From an uncultured Planctomycetales bacterium (lineage in GTDB: Bacteria > Omnitrophota > Gorgyraeia > Zapsychrales > JAHFFX01): a DNA stretch of 64,000 nucleotides. The translations under genes and the position numbers were made by a program. Numbering within the stretch: position 1 is the stretch's first letter; each line of letters begins with the position of its first letter. The stretch lies in contig CAYJRN010000001.1 of assembly GCA_964372915.1 (NCBI GenBank), positions 36,305 to 100,304 of the forward strand, written 5' to 3'. The notes beneath the pieces are model-generated. The model did no database searches, was not told the origin of the DNA, and worked only from the letters and a program-made list of their open reading frames with translations. Of this stretch, positions 46,538 to 56,483 are shown in pieces.

Positions 46538-48064
46538 ATGCGCTGTCCGCCATACGCTATCCCTAAAATTATGTTATATCCAAACCAACAACAATTCTTG
46601 AAGCTCACGAGCAAGGGTAACCTAATTCCGGTCTATGCCGAGGTCTCGGGTGACCTTGAAACGCCGGTCTCGGCTTATTTTAAAGTGGCAGAGAAAGCGA
46701 AATATTCCTTTCTTCTGGAATCCGTTGAGGGCGAAGAAAAGGTGGCCCGCTATTCGTTTCTCGCAAAAAATCCTGAGCTGGTTTTCAAAAGTCAAGGGAA
46801 TACCATGTCCATCCAGCGGTTAAGTGGAAAAAAAGCTAAAGTTGAACAATGCACAATCAAAACCACGCCTTTGGAATTCGTTAGAGCCATTATGAAGGGA
46901 TACAAGCTCGTGGACATTCCCGGGTTGCCAAGATTCTGCGGTGGGCTCGTCGGGTATATCGGCTACGATGTCGTTCGTTTTTTTGAACGGCTTCCCAATC
47001 AACCCAAAGATGATTTGAAACTTCCCGACATTCTACTTGTCCTTACCAAGGACTTGATCATCTTCGACCATCGGAATCATAAAATCAAAGTCGTGTCCTG
47101 CGTTTCGGTCAATCCCAAAGATTCCAAACAAGCGAAACTCAAAAAATATCGCCAAGCTCTTAAAACCATTCAAACATTGACCAATGAATTGCATCGTCCC
47201 TTGAAACCATCAAATGCCAGGTCCGACAAATTCCTTCCTCAAGTTCGGTCGAATGTCACTCAAGCCCAATTTGAAAAAAATGTTGAAACAGCCAAAAAGC
47301 ACATCAAGGCCGGCGACATTATCCAGGTCGTGTTATCCCAAAGGTTCTCTGTCCCCGTTAAGACGAACCCTTTTAACATCTACCGTTCTTTAAGAACTCT
47401 CAATCCTTCACCGTATATGTATTATCTCAACTTTGACGGATTGCAGATCGTTGGCTCCTCGCCGGAGCTTCTGGTGCGCTGCGAAGACGGCTTGGTCGAA
47501 ACGCGCCCCATCGCCGGCACAAGGGCGCGCGGCCGTGATGAAAAGGAAGACGAGCGCCTTAAGAAGGAACTTCTGCGAGACCCTAAAGAAAAAGCCGAAC
47601 ACATTATGCTGGTGGACTTAGGCCGTAATGACTTGGGAAGAGTTTGCGAGCGCGGAACCGTCCACATCAGCGAATTCATGGCCGTTGAAAAGTATTCGCA
47701 TGTGATGCACATCGTTTCGAACGTCAAAGGTAAATTAAGAAAGGACCAAGACGCTTTGGATGCGCTGCAGGCGGCGTTTCCGGCGGGGACGGTTTCCGGC
47801 GCGCCCAAAATCCGAGCCATGGAAATTATTGATGAGTTGGAAAATATGAAAAGAGGCCCCTACGCGGGCTGTGTGGGGTATTTGAGTTTTTCAAAGAACC
47901 TTGACACCTGCATCACAATCCGTACTATAGTGGTCACAGAAAAAAAGGCGTATATTCAGGCTGGGGCCGGCATCGTTGCCGATTCTGTCCCTCGAAAGGA
48001 ATATACGGAAACCGTGAATAAAGCGAGAGCTCAAATCATGGCGATTCAAATCGCCCACAGCTAA
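46538..48064 (+). CDS. trpE: anthranilate synthase component I
   Basis: Chorismate-binding enzyme motifs (..GAPKIRAMEIIDELE..GPYAGCVGY..). The start is probably MLYPNQ at 46571. No other trp genes are adjacent. Confidence 0.85.
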   Translation: MRCPPYAIPKIMLYPNQQQFLKLTSKGNLIPVYAEVSGDLETPVSAYFKVAEKAKYSFLLESVEGEEKVARYSFLAKNPELVFKSQGNTMSIQRLSGKKAKVEQCTIKTTPLEFVRAIMKGYKLVDIPGLPRFCGGLVGYIGYDVVRFFERLPNQPKDDLKLPDILLVLTKDLIIFDHRNHKIKVVSCVSVNPKDSKQAKLKKYRQALKTIQTLTNELHRPLKPSNARSDKFLPQVRSNVTQAQFEKNVETAKKHIKAGDIIQVVLSQRFSVPVKTNPFNIYRSLRTLNPSPYMYYLNFDGLQIVGSSPELLVRCEDGLVETRPIAGTRARGRDEKEDERLKKELLRDPKEKAEHIMLVDLGRNDLGRVCERGTVHISEFMAVEKYSHVMHIVSNVKGKLRKDQDALDALQAAFPAGTVSGAPKIRAMEIIDELENMKRGPYAGCVGYLSFSKNLDTCITIRTIVVTEKKAYIQAGAGIVADSVPRKEYTETVNKARAQIMAIQIAHS

Positions 48065-48236
48065 ATTAGCTGACCAGCCGGAGTGTTTCTTAACTGGTCT
48101 CCGACTGGTCATCCTGAAGCCCAAAGGACTGAAGGATCTAAAGAGATCCCTCGTCACTTTGTTCCTCGGGATGAGGGGTCGGGAAAAAAACTCCCCGACC
48201 CCTCAATCAGCTAGACAAAAAAAGAGAGGAATCACA

Positions 48237-48479
48237 ATGGAAGTACGCATCAGATTACAAAAAGCGGGCAAGCGGGCCAACAAAAGATACAACTACCGCG
48301 TCGTGGTGATGAGCAAAGCCGCCTCGCGCGATACCCGGCATCTGGATCTTTTGGGTTATTACGACCCCTCGAAGCAACCGGCCAGCTTGTCGATTAACAA
48401 AGAAAAATTAAGCGCCTGGGTCAAGAAGGGCGCCCGAATGAGCGACACGGTTCGCAGTTTATTATCAAAAAGCAAATAA
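48237..48479 (+). CDS. rpsP: 30S ribosomal protein S16
   Basis: MEVRIRLQKAGKRANKRYNYRVVV.. is canonical S16; SD AGAGAGGA. The track ORF 48159-48479 extends upstream of the true start. Confidence 0.9.
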   Translation: MEVRIRLQKAGKRANKRYNYRVVVMSKAASRDTRHLDLLGYYDPSKQPASLSINKEKLSAWVKKGARMSDTVRSLLSKSK

Positions 48480-48503
48480 TAAAAATTCCAATAACCAAGA
48501 GAC

Positions 48504-48545
48504 AATAACCAAAGGTGATTGATTCTTGGTGATTGGTTATTTTTG
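48504..48545 (+). terminator. probable intrinsic terminator after rpsP
   Basis: AATAACCAA...TTGGTTATT stem followed by TTTTG. Confidence 0.5.
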
Positions 48546-48558
48546 AAAGGACAACACC

Positions 48559-48840
48559 ATGCCACCCGATCAAGTCAATCCGCTCATGCATCTGATTCCG
48601 CCGATCGCCATCTTCGCCATTTTCTATTTCCTGATCATAAAGCCGCAAAAAGACAAACAGAATCACTTGAAACAAACGATCAACAATCTCAAGAAAAACG
48701 ACCAGGTCGTCACGGTGGGCGGTATTCACGGAACGATCATCAACATCAAAGAGACAACCGTGGTGGTGAGGATCGACGATGATGCCAAGATGGAAGTCGA
48801 TAAGGAAGCCATCAGCAGCGTGGCCAAGAACAGCGCTTAA
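48559..48840 (+). CDS. yajC: preprotein translocase subunit YajC
   Basis: 93 aa with a single TM and ..VVTVGGIHGTI.. YajC motif, immediately upstream of secDF. Confidence 0.85.
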   Translation: MPPDQVNPLMHLIPPIAIFAIFYFLIIKPQKDKQNHLKQTINNLKKNDQVVTVGGIHGTIINIKETTVVVRIDDDAKMEVDKEAISSVAKNSA

Positions 48841-48854
48841 TTTACGAGAAAATA

Positions 48855-51050
48855 ATGAACAAAAATCTCAGAACCAAAATATTGATCATCTTGGGGGTTA
48901 TCGCCGCTTCTTTGTATTTCACGTTTCCGTTCGAGAAACACATCAATTTAGGTCTCGACTTAAAAGGGGGGATGCATCTTGTCCTCAAAGTTGAGGACGA
49001 AAAACTTCCAGAAAACCAGCGCAGTGACGTCGTCTTACGCGCGATAGAAATCCTGCGCAACCGCATCGACAGCTTAGGCGCCGGCGAAACGCTCCTGCAA
49101 CGGCAGGGAGAGAACCAGATCATTGTCCAGCTTCCAGGAGTGACCGACCGCGAAAAGGCCTTGGCCATGATCGGCAAAGTGGCACAGCTCGAATTCAAAT
49201 TGGTCAAATCCGATTCCCTGGAACTCAAAGAAGCCCTCGCGGGACAAATCCCGGAAGGCTACAGCCTCAAGAGCGTCAAGAAAGAAGACAATGAATCTAT
49301 TTTGATTTCCAACACGCCTTCTTTAACCGGGGAAGCGATTGCCGATGCCAAGGTTGATTTTGATTCAGACGGCTTTGGTCAGCCCAAAATTTCTCTGACC
49401 TTAAGTCCCATCGGGTCAAAAAAATTCTCTGAACTTACTCAAAAACACGTCGGAGAACGGCTCGCTATCGTGCTCGATGGCGAAGTTCTTTCAGCGCCCA
49501 ACATTCGTGAGCCTATTTTAAACGGCCAAGCGGAAATCAGCGGGTCGTTCACTTTTGATGAAGCTTCTGTGCTGGCGCTCTCACTTCGTTCCGGCTCTTT
49601 ACCGGCACCGATGCATATAGAAGAAGAGAGGACGATCGGCCCACTTTTAGGAAAAGACTCGATCGCCGCCGGTATCCACGCGACCACTATTGCGGCGGTG
49701 GCGGTTTTTATCTTTATGGCCGTTTACTATTTATTCTCGGGAATCGTTGCCGATATCGCCTTGGCCGTCAACATGCTGCTCATCTTAGGAACCATGGGAT
49801 TTTTAAACGCCATGCTGCCAAGCGCGCCCATGACCTTGACCTTGCCCGGCATCGCCGGTATCATTTTAACCATCGGTATGGCGGTGGATGCCAATGTTCT
49901 TATCAATGAACGCATTCGAGAAGAGCTGGAGAACGGGCGCCCCTTACAGGCCGCGGTCAATACCGGCTTTCACCGCGCCTTTTCCGCCATTTTTGATTCC
50001 CACATTACCTCCCTCATTGCCGCGTTCATCCTGTACCAATTCGGATCCGGCCCCATCAAAGGATTCGCCGTGACCTTAGCGATCGGTATCATCACGAGTC
50101 TTTTTACGGCCGTCACGGTCACCAAAACCATCCTGGATCTCTTGCTTCACTTTAAGCTGGTCAAAACATTACCCATGCTTCATCTTTTTCGTAACCCTAA
50201 AATCGATTTTATTTCCAAACGTTATTTTTTCTACGCGATTTCCATCGGGCTTACCATTGCCAGCCTTTTTACCATCCTGACTAAAAAAGACACGGCGTAT
50301 GGCATCGACTTTGCCGGCGGGCAAATTCAAGAATATAAATTCCAGAAGCCGGTGGTAGATGAAATTCTGAGAAAGTATTTGAAGGAAGCCGACATCAACG
50401 ATGTCAGCATCCAGCAATTTGAGAAAACGCCGGAGATCGTCCTCCTGCGCACCGCCGAGGATACGTTCAACAAAGTCACCGAAGTTCTCAAAACCAAAAT
50501 GGCCGACAATCCTTTCGAGATCCTGCGTATTGAAAAGGTGGGACCGGTTGTGGGAGAAAACTTACGAAAGAGGGCTTTATGGGCTATCGCTTTCTCTTTG
50601 GTCGGTATTTTGGTCTACGTAGGATTTCGTTTCAAACATTTTGATTTTGCGACCGCCGGCGTCATTGCGCTTCTGCACGATGTCTTGATGGCCGCCGGCG
50701 TGACCGTCATGCTGGGACGGCAAATAGATCTTCTGGTTGTGACCGCGCTTTTGACGATCGCCGGTTATTCCATCAGCGACACCATCGTCACTTATGACCG
50801 TGTCAGGGAAAATCTCATTAAAACCAAGCGGGGCAATTTAGCCGAGGTCCTCAATTTAAGCATCAACCAAACCCTCGGCCGGACGGTCCTGACCGCGGGC
50901 GTCACACTTTTGTCGGTCATCGCGCTATTTCTCTTTGGAGGAGAGGTGCTAAATACTTTCGCGCTTACGCTTTTGATTGGATTCACCTGCGGGGCTTATT
51001 CCACGGTTTTTATCGCGTCGCCCTTGGTCCTCGCCTGGCATAAAAAATGA
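48855..51050 (+). CDS. secDF: protein translocase subunit SecD-SecF fusion
   Basis: 731 aa with a SecD periplasmic domain and 12 TM helices spanning both SecD and SecF modules (..GIDFAGGQIQEYKF.. starts the SecF part). Confidence 0.9.
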   Translation: MNKNLRTKILIILGVIAASLYFTFPFEKHINLGLDLKGGMHLVLKVEDEKLPENQRSDVVLRAIEILRNRIDSLGAGETLLQRQGENQIIVQLPGVTDREKALAMIGKVAQLEFKLVKSDSLELKEALAGQIPEGYSLKSVKKEDNESILISNTPSLTGEAIADAKVDFDSDGFGQPKISLTLSPIGSKKFSELTQKHVGERLAIVLDGEVLSAPNIREPILNGQAEISGSFTFDEASVLALSLRSGSLPAPMHIEEERTIGPLLGKDSIAAGIHATTIAAVAVFIFMAVYYLFSGIVADIALAVNMLLILGTMGFLNAMLPSAPMTLTLPGIAGIILTIGMAVDANVLINERIREELENGRPLQAAVNTGFHRAFSAIFDSHITSLIAAFILYQFGSGPIKGFAVTLAIGIITSLFTAVTVTKTILDLLLHFKLVKTLPMLHLFRNPKIDFISKRYFFYAISIGLTIASLFTILTKKDTAYGIDFAGGQIQEYKFQKPVVDEILRKYLKEADINDVSIQQFEKTPEIVLLRTAEDTFNKVTEVLKTKMADNPFEILRIEKVGPVVGENLRKRALWAIAFSLVGILVYVGFRFKHFDFATAGVIALLHDVLMAAGVTVMLGRQIDLLVVTALLTIAGYSISDTIVTYDRVRENLIKTKRGNLAEVLNLSINQTLGRTVLTAGVTLLSVIALFLFGGEVLNTFALTLLIGFTCGAYSTVFIASPLVLAWHKK

Positions 51051-51054
51051 ACTC

Positions 51055-52953
51055 ATGTTTCGTTCGCTCAAATTCTTTCTCCAGCAATCCGTTGCCCCTG
51101 ACGAGATTATCGCTAGATTAGCCGCCTTTGGCTACAAGCGGATGAAAAAAGTCGAAAGACCTGGGGAATATGCCCAGCGCGGCGGGATCGTTGATATTTT
51201 TCCCGTCAATTTCGATGGCCCCGTCCGCATGGAGCTGGACGACAATCAAATCCTCAAGATCGCCAGCTTCAACCTAGCCACCGGCGAATCCATCTGGGAT
51301 CATCAGATGGTTATCCTCCTCCCCCAAAAAACTCATGAGCAAACGCCATTTCTCTCCACGACACCCCTCGAATATTTTGTCGACATTAAAAATGGAGATT
51401 ATGTTGTTCACAACAACCATGGGATTGGAAAATTTTTAGGACTCAGTGATGCGACCGTGGATCCTAGATTGCGTGAACACCTCGTCATAGAATACCGCGG
51501 CGGCGACAAACTCTACGTTCCCAAACACGACATGCACCTCGTACAAAAATACGCGGCCTTCAGCAAAAAACCGCCGCGTCTCTTCAAACTAGGAACGAAA
51601 GAATGGCAGAGAGTCCGCAATCATATCCAAAAGCGTATTCAATTGATGGCCGCGGAACTTTTACATACGCAGGCCCTGCGCACGAGCCTTCCGGGACATG
51701 CGTTTTTAAAAGATACGCCCTGGCAGGCGGAGTTTGAAAAAACGTTTCCCTTCCAAGAGACGCCTGATCAGATAACATCCACACAAGAAGTAAAGACCGA
51801 CATGGAATCGCCCTACCCTATGGATCGACTTTTGTGCGGCGATGTCGGCTACGGAAAAACAGAGGTGGCGATGCGCGCGGCCTTCAAGGCCGTCATGGAC
51901 AATAAGCAAGTGGCCATGCTGGTGCCCACGACGATTCTCGCCGAGCAACATCATTACAACTTCAGCAAACGCCTTGAAGGTCTCCCGGTTAAGGTCGCCA
52001 TGTTGAGCCGTTTTCGGACCAAGCACGAGCAGAAAGAAATTCTCCAAGGTCTCGCGCAAGGAAAAGTGGATATCGTAATCGGCACGCACCGACTGTTGTC
52101 GAAAGACATTGATTTTAAGGACCTTGGACTTCTGATTATCGATGAGGAACAGCGGTTCGGCGTGCGGGCCAAGGAACGGCTTAAACACCTGCGGGTTCTG
52201 GTGGATGTTCTCACGTTGACGGCGACCCCGATCCCGCGAACTCTTTATATGTCGCTCGCCGGAGCGCGGGACATGTCGATTATCTCAACCCCGCCGCAAA
52301 ACCGTTATCCAGTGACCACGAACATCATCGAATTCGATGAAGACACTATTGAATACGCCATCCAAAAGGAACTCAAAAGAAAGGGACAGGTCTTTTTCCT
52401 TCACAACCGGGTGGAAGACATTGAAAGAATAGGAAATCTTATCAAACGCCTCAGTCACGGCGGCCGAATCGCCATCGGCCACGGACAAATGCCGGGAAGA
52501 CTTTTGGAAGAAATTATGCTAAGATTTCTATCCGGCGACATTGATGTGCTCGTGTGCACTACGATTATCGAGTCGGGGATCGACATCCCCAACGCAAATA
52601 CCTTAATCGTCAATGGAGCGGACAAAATCGGCCTCGCGGATTTGCACCAATTAAGAGGCAGGGTAGGCAGGTTTACCCGGAGAGCGTTCGCTTACTTCAT
52701 TGTCCCGCCCAAAGACGTATTGTCATTCGAGGCAAAGGCGCGCATCAAGGCGCTAGAGCGCTACAGTGAACTGGGGGCGGGATTTCAAATCGCCTTTGAA
52801 GACTTGAAGATTCGCGGGGCGGGGAATCTCCTGGGAGCACAACAACACGGATATATTTCCAGCGTCGGCTTTGATCTCTATTGCCGGCTTCTCAAAGAAT
52901 CCATCGAACACTTAAAACACATCAAAGGACAGGCTCATGCGATCAAAAATTAA
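51055..52953 (+). CDS. mfd: transcription-repair coupling factor, short form lacking N-terminal UvrB-homology module and C-terminal D7
   Basis: The RNAP-interacting motif GDYVVHNNHGIGKFLGL and ..EYRGGDKLYVPKHDMHLVQKY.. are followed by the SF2 translocase (GDVGYGKTEVA.., DEEQRFGV, ..HQLRGRVGR..). About 632 aa, against roughly 1150 in canonical Mfd. Confidence 0.75.
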   Translation: MFRSLKFFLQQSVAPDEIIARLAAFGYKRMKKVERPGEYAQRGGIVDIFPVNFDGPVRMELDDNQILKIASFNLATGESIWDHQMVILLPQKTHEQTPFLSTTPLEYFVDIKNGDYVVHNNHGIGKFLGLSDATVDPRLREHLVIEYRGGDKLYVPKHDMHLVQKYAAFSKKPPRLFKLGTKEWQRVRNHIQKRIQLMAAELLHTQALRTSLPGHAFLKDTPWQAEFEKTFPFQETPDQITSTQEVKTDMESPYPMDRLLCGDVGYGKTEVAMRAAFKAVMDNKQVAMLVPTTILAEQHHYNFSKRLEGLPVKVAMLSRFRTKHEQKEILQGLAQGKVDIVIGTHRLLSKDIDFKDLGLLIIDEEQRFGVRAKERLKHLRVLVDVLTLTATPIPRTLYMSLAGARDMSIISTPPQNRYPVTTNIIEFDEDTIEYAIQKELKRKGQVFFLHNRVEDIERIGNLIKRLSHGGRIAIGHGQMPGRLLEEIMLRFLSGDIDVLVCTTIIESGIDIPNANTLIVNGADKIGLADLHQLRGRVGRFTRRAFAYFIVPPKDVLSFEAKARIKALERYSELGAGFQIAFEDLKIRGAGNLLGAQQHGYISSVGFDLYCRLLKESIEHLKHIKGQAHAIKN

Positions 52954-53878
52954 ATTGTTTCAAAAATGCATTTTTATCCTTCTTGTCCTCATCGTCAGCC
53001 CGCGGGCCTTTGCCGTCAATGACGCCATCATCGCCATCGTCAACGACAATGTCATCACCCTCAAAGACCTAAATGAATTCCTTAATTCCATTTACATGCA
53101 GATGATGGCCGATGGAAAAAAAGACAGCGAAATAGAAGAAACGATGAAAAAAATGGAGTCCGAAGGCTTACAAAAACTCATTGAGCAAAAACTCCTCGTG
53201 GATGAGGCCAACCGCGAAGGGATGACCATTCGCCAAAGTTTTATCGATGACAGGATCAATGATATCAAGAAAAAATTTAAGACCAACCAGGAATTCGAAA
53301 ACGCCATGGGCCATGACGGTATCACCTTGGGGGATTTGCGTAACCGCATCATCGATCAGTTCAAAACCAAATTCATCGTGGAAAGGGCAGTGAAGGACAA
53401 AATCTTCGTCAACCCCCAGGAGGTCACGGATTATTACCAGCAACACATGACCGACTTTCAAAAGCCCGAACGCGTCGATCTTGATTCCATCTTCATCCCT
53501 TACGATGAAGAAAAAAAGACCTGGGCCATCAAGGCCGATCAAGTCTTACAAAAAATCAGAACCGGAACGGATTTTAGCGAAGCCGCCAAGGAATATTCCA
53601 AGGCCCCTTCGATTGGGCTGGTTGAACGCGGACAACTTTTGTCGGATTTGGAAAACGCCATCTTTAAACTCAATGTAGGGGAGGTCTCTTCAGCCCTGCA
53701 AGCGGAGAACGGCGTTTACATCTTTAAAGTCAAAGCCAAATACCCGCCGGAGGCTACTTCTTTAAAAGAAGCCAAAGACGAAATTTACAAAATTATCTTC
53801 CAAAGAAGATTCAGCGAGCGTTACCAAGAGTGGCTCGAAAAATTACGCAAAGCCGCCTATGTCGAAATTAAAAAATAA
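52937..53878 (+). CDS. periplasmic chaperone / parvulin-type peptidyl-prolyl isomerase (SurA/PrsA-like)
   Basis: Signal peptide, a SurA N-domain-like helical region, and a parvulin PPIase domain (..GEVSSALQAENGVYIFKV..). Confidence 0.65.
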   Translation: MRSKIKLFQKCIFILLVLIVSPRAFAVNDAIIAIVNDNVITLKDLNEFLNSIYMQMMADGKKDSEIEETMKKMESEGLQKLIEQKLLVDEANREGMTIRQSFIDDRINDIKKKFKTNQEFENAMGHDGITLGDLRNRIIDQFKTKFIVERAVKDKIFVNPQEVTDYYQQHMTDFQKPERVDLDSIFIPYDEEKKTWAIKADQVLQKIRTGTDFSEAAKEYSKAPSIGLVERGQLLSDLENAIFKLNVGEVSSALQAENGVYIFKVKAKYPPEATSLKEAKDEIYKIIFQRRFSERYQEWLEKLRKAAYVEIKK

Positions 53879-54809
53879 CCCCATCGGCATCACGATGGGA
53901 GACCCTTCGGGGATAGGACCGGAGATAATCGCCAAAGCCATTCGTCAACCTGCCGTCAAGAAACTGGGACGCTTCACCATCATCGGGGATCTCAAAATCT
54001 TCAAGACCTATTGCCCGCGGCTGCCTCAACACGTCAACTTCATTGACCTTCATAACGTCCCCGCTTCGAGGTGGACGATAGGCCGAGTGAACCGCCTCAG
54101 CGCCCGGGCTTCCCTTGAATACTTGAATAAAGCCGCCGAGCTTTTAAGGAAAGGAAGGATCAAAGGATTGGTGACCGCTCCTTTATGTAAAGAAGCTATG
54201 CATCTTTTGGGGCTCAAATTCCACGGACACACGGAATATCTTGCCGATCTCTTTAACGTCCAGCGCTTCGGGATGATGTTCGTCAGCGACAGATTAAAAA
54301 CCATGCTGGTGACCCGCCACGTCCCACTAGCCCGCGTGTCTTTGGCGCTTTCTGCCAAGGCAATTTATGAAACTCTATCGCTTGCGGATGAGGCGCTCAA
54401 AAAACTCTTTAAAATAAAAAGGCCCATTATTGCGGTGTGCGGACTCAATCCCCACGCGGGAGAGGGAGGAACTATTGGCAAAGAAGAAATCAAAAAAATT
54501 GTGCCGGCGCTAAAGAAAGCGAAATCGCGAGGGATTCGCGCCTTGGGGCCACTCTCCGGCGATACCGCGTTTAATCCACAACTCACCCATCGCTACGACT
54601 GCGTCGTCGCGATGTATCATGACCAGGGATTGATCGCCGTCAAAACCCTCTATTGGCAGAAGCTCGTTAATCTCACGCTGGGACTGCCGTTTATCCGCAC
54701 TTCTCCGGCTCATGGAACCGCCTTTGATATCGCCGGAAAGAATATCGCCGACCCCTCTTCCATGGTCGAAGCCATCAAGCTCGCGGCCCACTTGAGCCGT
54801 CGCTCGTAA
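53859..54809 (+). CDS. pdxA: 4-hydroxythreonine-4-phosphate dehydrogenase
   Basis: ..PIGITMGDPSGIGPEI.. and ..TRTSPAHGTAFDIAG.. PdxA signatures. Confidence 0.85.
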   Translation: MSKLKNNPIGITMGDPSGIGPEIIAKAIRQPAVKKLGRFTIIGDLKIFKTYCPRLPQHVNFIDLHNVPASRWTIGRVNRLSARASLEYLNKAAELLRKGRIKGLVTAPLCKEAMHLLGLKFHGHTEYLADLFNVQRFGMMFVSDRLKTMLVTRHVPLARVSLALSAKAIYETLSLADEALKKLFKIKRPIIAVCGLNPHAGEGGTIGKEEIKKIVPALKKAKSRGIRALGPLSGDTAFNPQLTHRYDCVVAMYHDQGLIAVKTLYWQKLVNLTLGLPFIRTSPAHGTAFDIAGKNIADPSSMVEAIKLAAHLSRRS

Positions 54810-55645
54810 TGTCTGCGTCTTTTTTAAACGCCTCGGAAACACGAAAAATCCTTCCCAAAAAACATTTGGGGCAAAATTTTCTCATCGATCCTAACATCAC
54901 CCGGAAGATCGTTGCTGCGTGTGATCTCAATACAGAAGATGTCGTCTTGGAAATTGGACCCGGGAAGGGAGTACTCACACAGGCGATCGCTCCTCACGTA
55001 AAACGTCTCATCGCCGTTGAGGCGGACCGAGAACTGGCCGCCGCCCTCAAAAAACATTTTACCGGTACAAACGTCACCATCCTTGAGAATGACGTTCTGC
55101 GTTTAAATTTTGCCGGGATCCCCCAAAACATCAAAGTCATCGCAAATCTGCCCTATTATATTTCTTCATCGATCATTATGCTTATCCTTGCGCAACGAGC
55201 TCGAATTACACAAAGTTTCTTGACGCTGCAGCGGGAGTTTGCCCAAAGACTATGCGCCAAAACCAACAGCAAGAATTACGGAGCATTGAGCTGCTTCGTG
55301 CAGTATTATGCCGAACCCAAAATTCTCTTTAAAATCAGCCATTCCTGTTTTCATCCCGTACCGAAAGTACAGTCCTGTTTCCTAAAACTGGACATCCGTC
55401 GCCGGCCGGTCCATGCGGTGAAGGACGAAAAATTCTTATTCCGGCTGATCCGTCAAACCTTCCAGCAACGGCGCAAGACCGTTTTGAATGCCCTCGCCGT
55501 TTTATATCCCAAAAGCCGCCTGGAAACCATTTTGAATGAAATAAACATTAGGCCCAACTGCCGTCCGGAAAATCTTCACCTGCAGGAATTCGTCCGTCTG
55601 GCCGATCGATTGCAAGAAGAAATGATGGCCGATGAAAAAAAATAA
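54809..55645 (+). CDS. rsmA: 16S rRNA (adenine1518/1519-N6)-dimethyltransferase
   Basis: ..LGQNFLIDPNI.. and ..EIGPGKGVLT.. SAM-binding motifs. Confidence 0.9.
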   Translation: MSASFLNASETRKILPKKHLGQNFLIDPNITRKIVAACDLNTEDVVLEIGPGKGVLTQAIAPHVKRLIAVEADRELAAALKKHFTGTNVTILENDVLRLNFAGIPQNIKVIANLPYYISSSIIMLILAQRARITQSFLTLQREFAQRLCAKTNSKNYGALSCFVQYYAEPKILFKISHSCFHPVPKVQSCFLKLDIRRRPVHAVKDEKFLFRLIRQTFQQRRKTVLNALAVLYPKSRLETILNEINIRPNCRPENLHLQEFVRLADRLQEEMMADEKK

Positions 55646-56483
55646 ATGTATTCTTTTCTTTTTGTTGCCTTTGGTTTTCTTCTTCTACGCGATGACCGCC
55701 GGCGATCGCCAACTGTTGGCCGGCGTCCACGCCGATTCCCTACGGGTCCATTTTATTGCCGTTGGTTATGGGGATGCTATCTTAATCCAACTGCCGCAAG
55801 ACCACAATATTCTGCTGGATGCGGGGCCGCAGGAGTCGGGTAATGTGCTTGCGCAATATCTTAAAAAAGCGGGTGTAAAAAATCTTGATAAAGTTATTAT
55901 TAGCCATCCTCACCGCAATCACTTTGGGGGAATGAAAAAAATCATAGACCAATGGTCACCGGAACATCTTTTGACCAACGGGCAGAGCGATGGGGAAGAG
56001 GGCTACGCGCAATTTCTTAAGGAGTGTGAAAAAAAAGGTATTGTCGTTAGCCATTTACGACGGCCCGCCAAGCTCCTTACGGGAACCTCTACCCACATCA
56101 CAGTTCTAAATCCTGACGCGCCGGGCGGCAGCGTTCATGACAATTGCCTGGTCCTTTGGCTCAAATTCCATGAAACTTCTTTCTTGTTGACCGCAGATAT
56201 TGAACCTGATCACCTCGATCGGCTTCTTGAACTTCATCCTTTCATTAAAAAAAACGCGGTTATCCAAATCCCGCACCATGGCTTTTCCTTAAGCGAAAAA
56301 CTCTTAACTCTTCCACCTGAAACTATTTTTGTCATTTCCACAGGAAACAATCCTTGGGGATTACCGGATGAAAATACATTAAAACGGCTGCCGGGGAAAT
56401 TATACCGCACCGATAGAGATGGGCATATTGTCTTGGAAAGTGACGGTCGCAATGTCCGAAAAATCAATCTTCCATCACCATGA
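55632..56483 (+). CDS. MBL-fold metallo-hydrolase (ComEC C-terminal-like)
   Basis: Signal/TM N-terminus; ..DAILIQLP..ISHPHRNHFGG.. metallo-beta-lactamase His motif. Confidence 0.6.
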   Translation: MKKNKCILFFLLPLVFFFYAMTAGDRQLLAGVHADSLRVHFIAVGYGDAILIQLPQDHNILLDAGPQESGNVLAQYLKKAGVKNLDKVIISHPHRNHFGGMKKIIDQWSPEHLLTNGQSDGEEGYAQFLKECEKKGIVVSHLRRPAKLLTGTSTHITVLNPDAPGGSVHDNCLVLWLKFHETSFLLTADIEPDHLDRLLELHPFIKKNAVIQIPHHGFSLSEKLLTLPPETIFVISTGNNPWGLPDENTLKRLPGKLYRTDRDGHIVLESDGRNVRKINLPSP

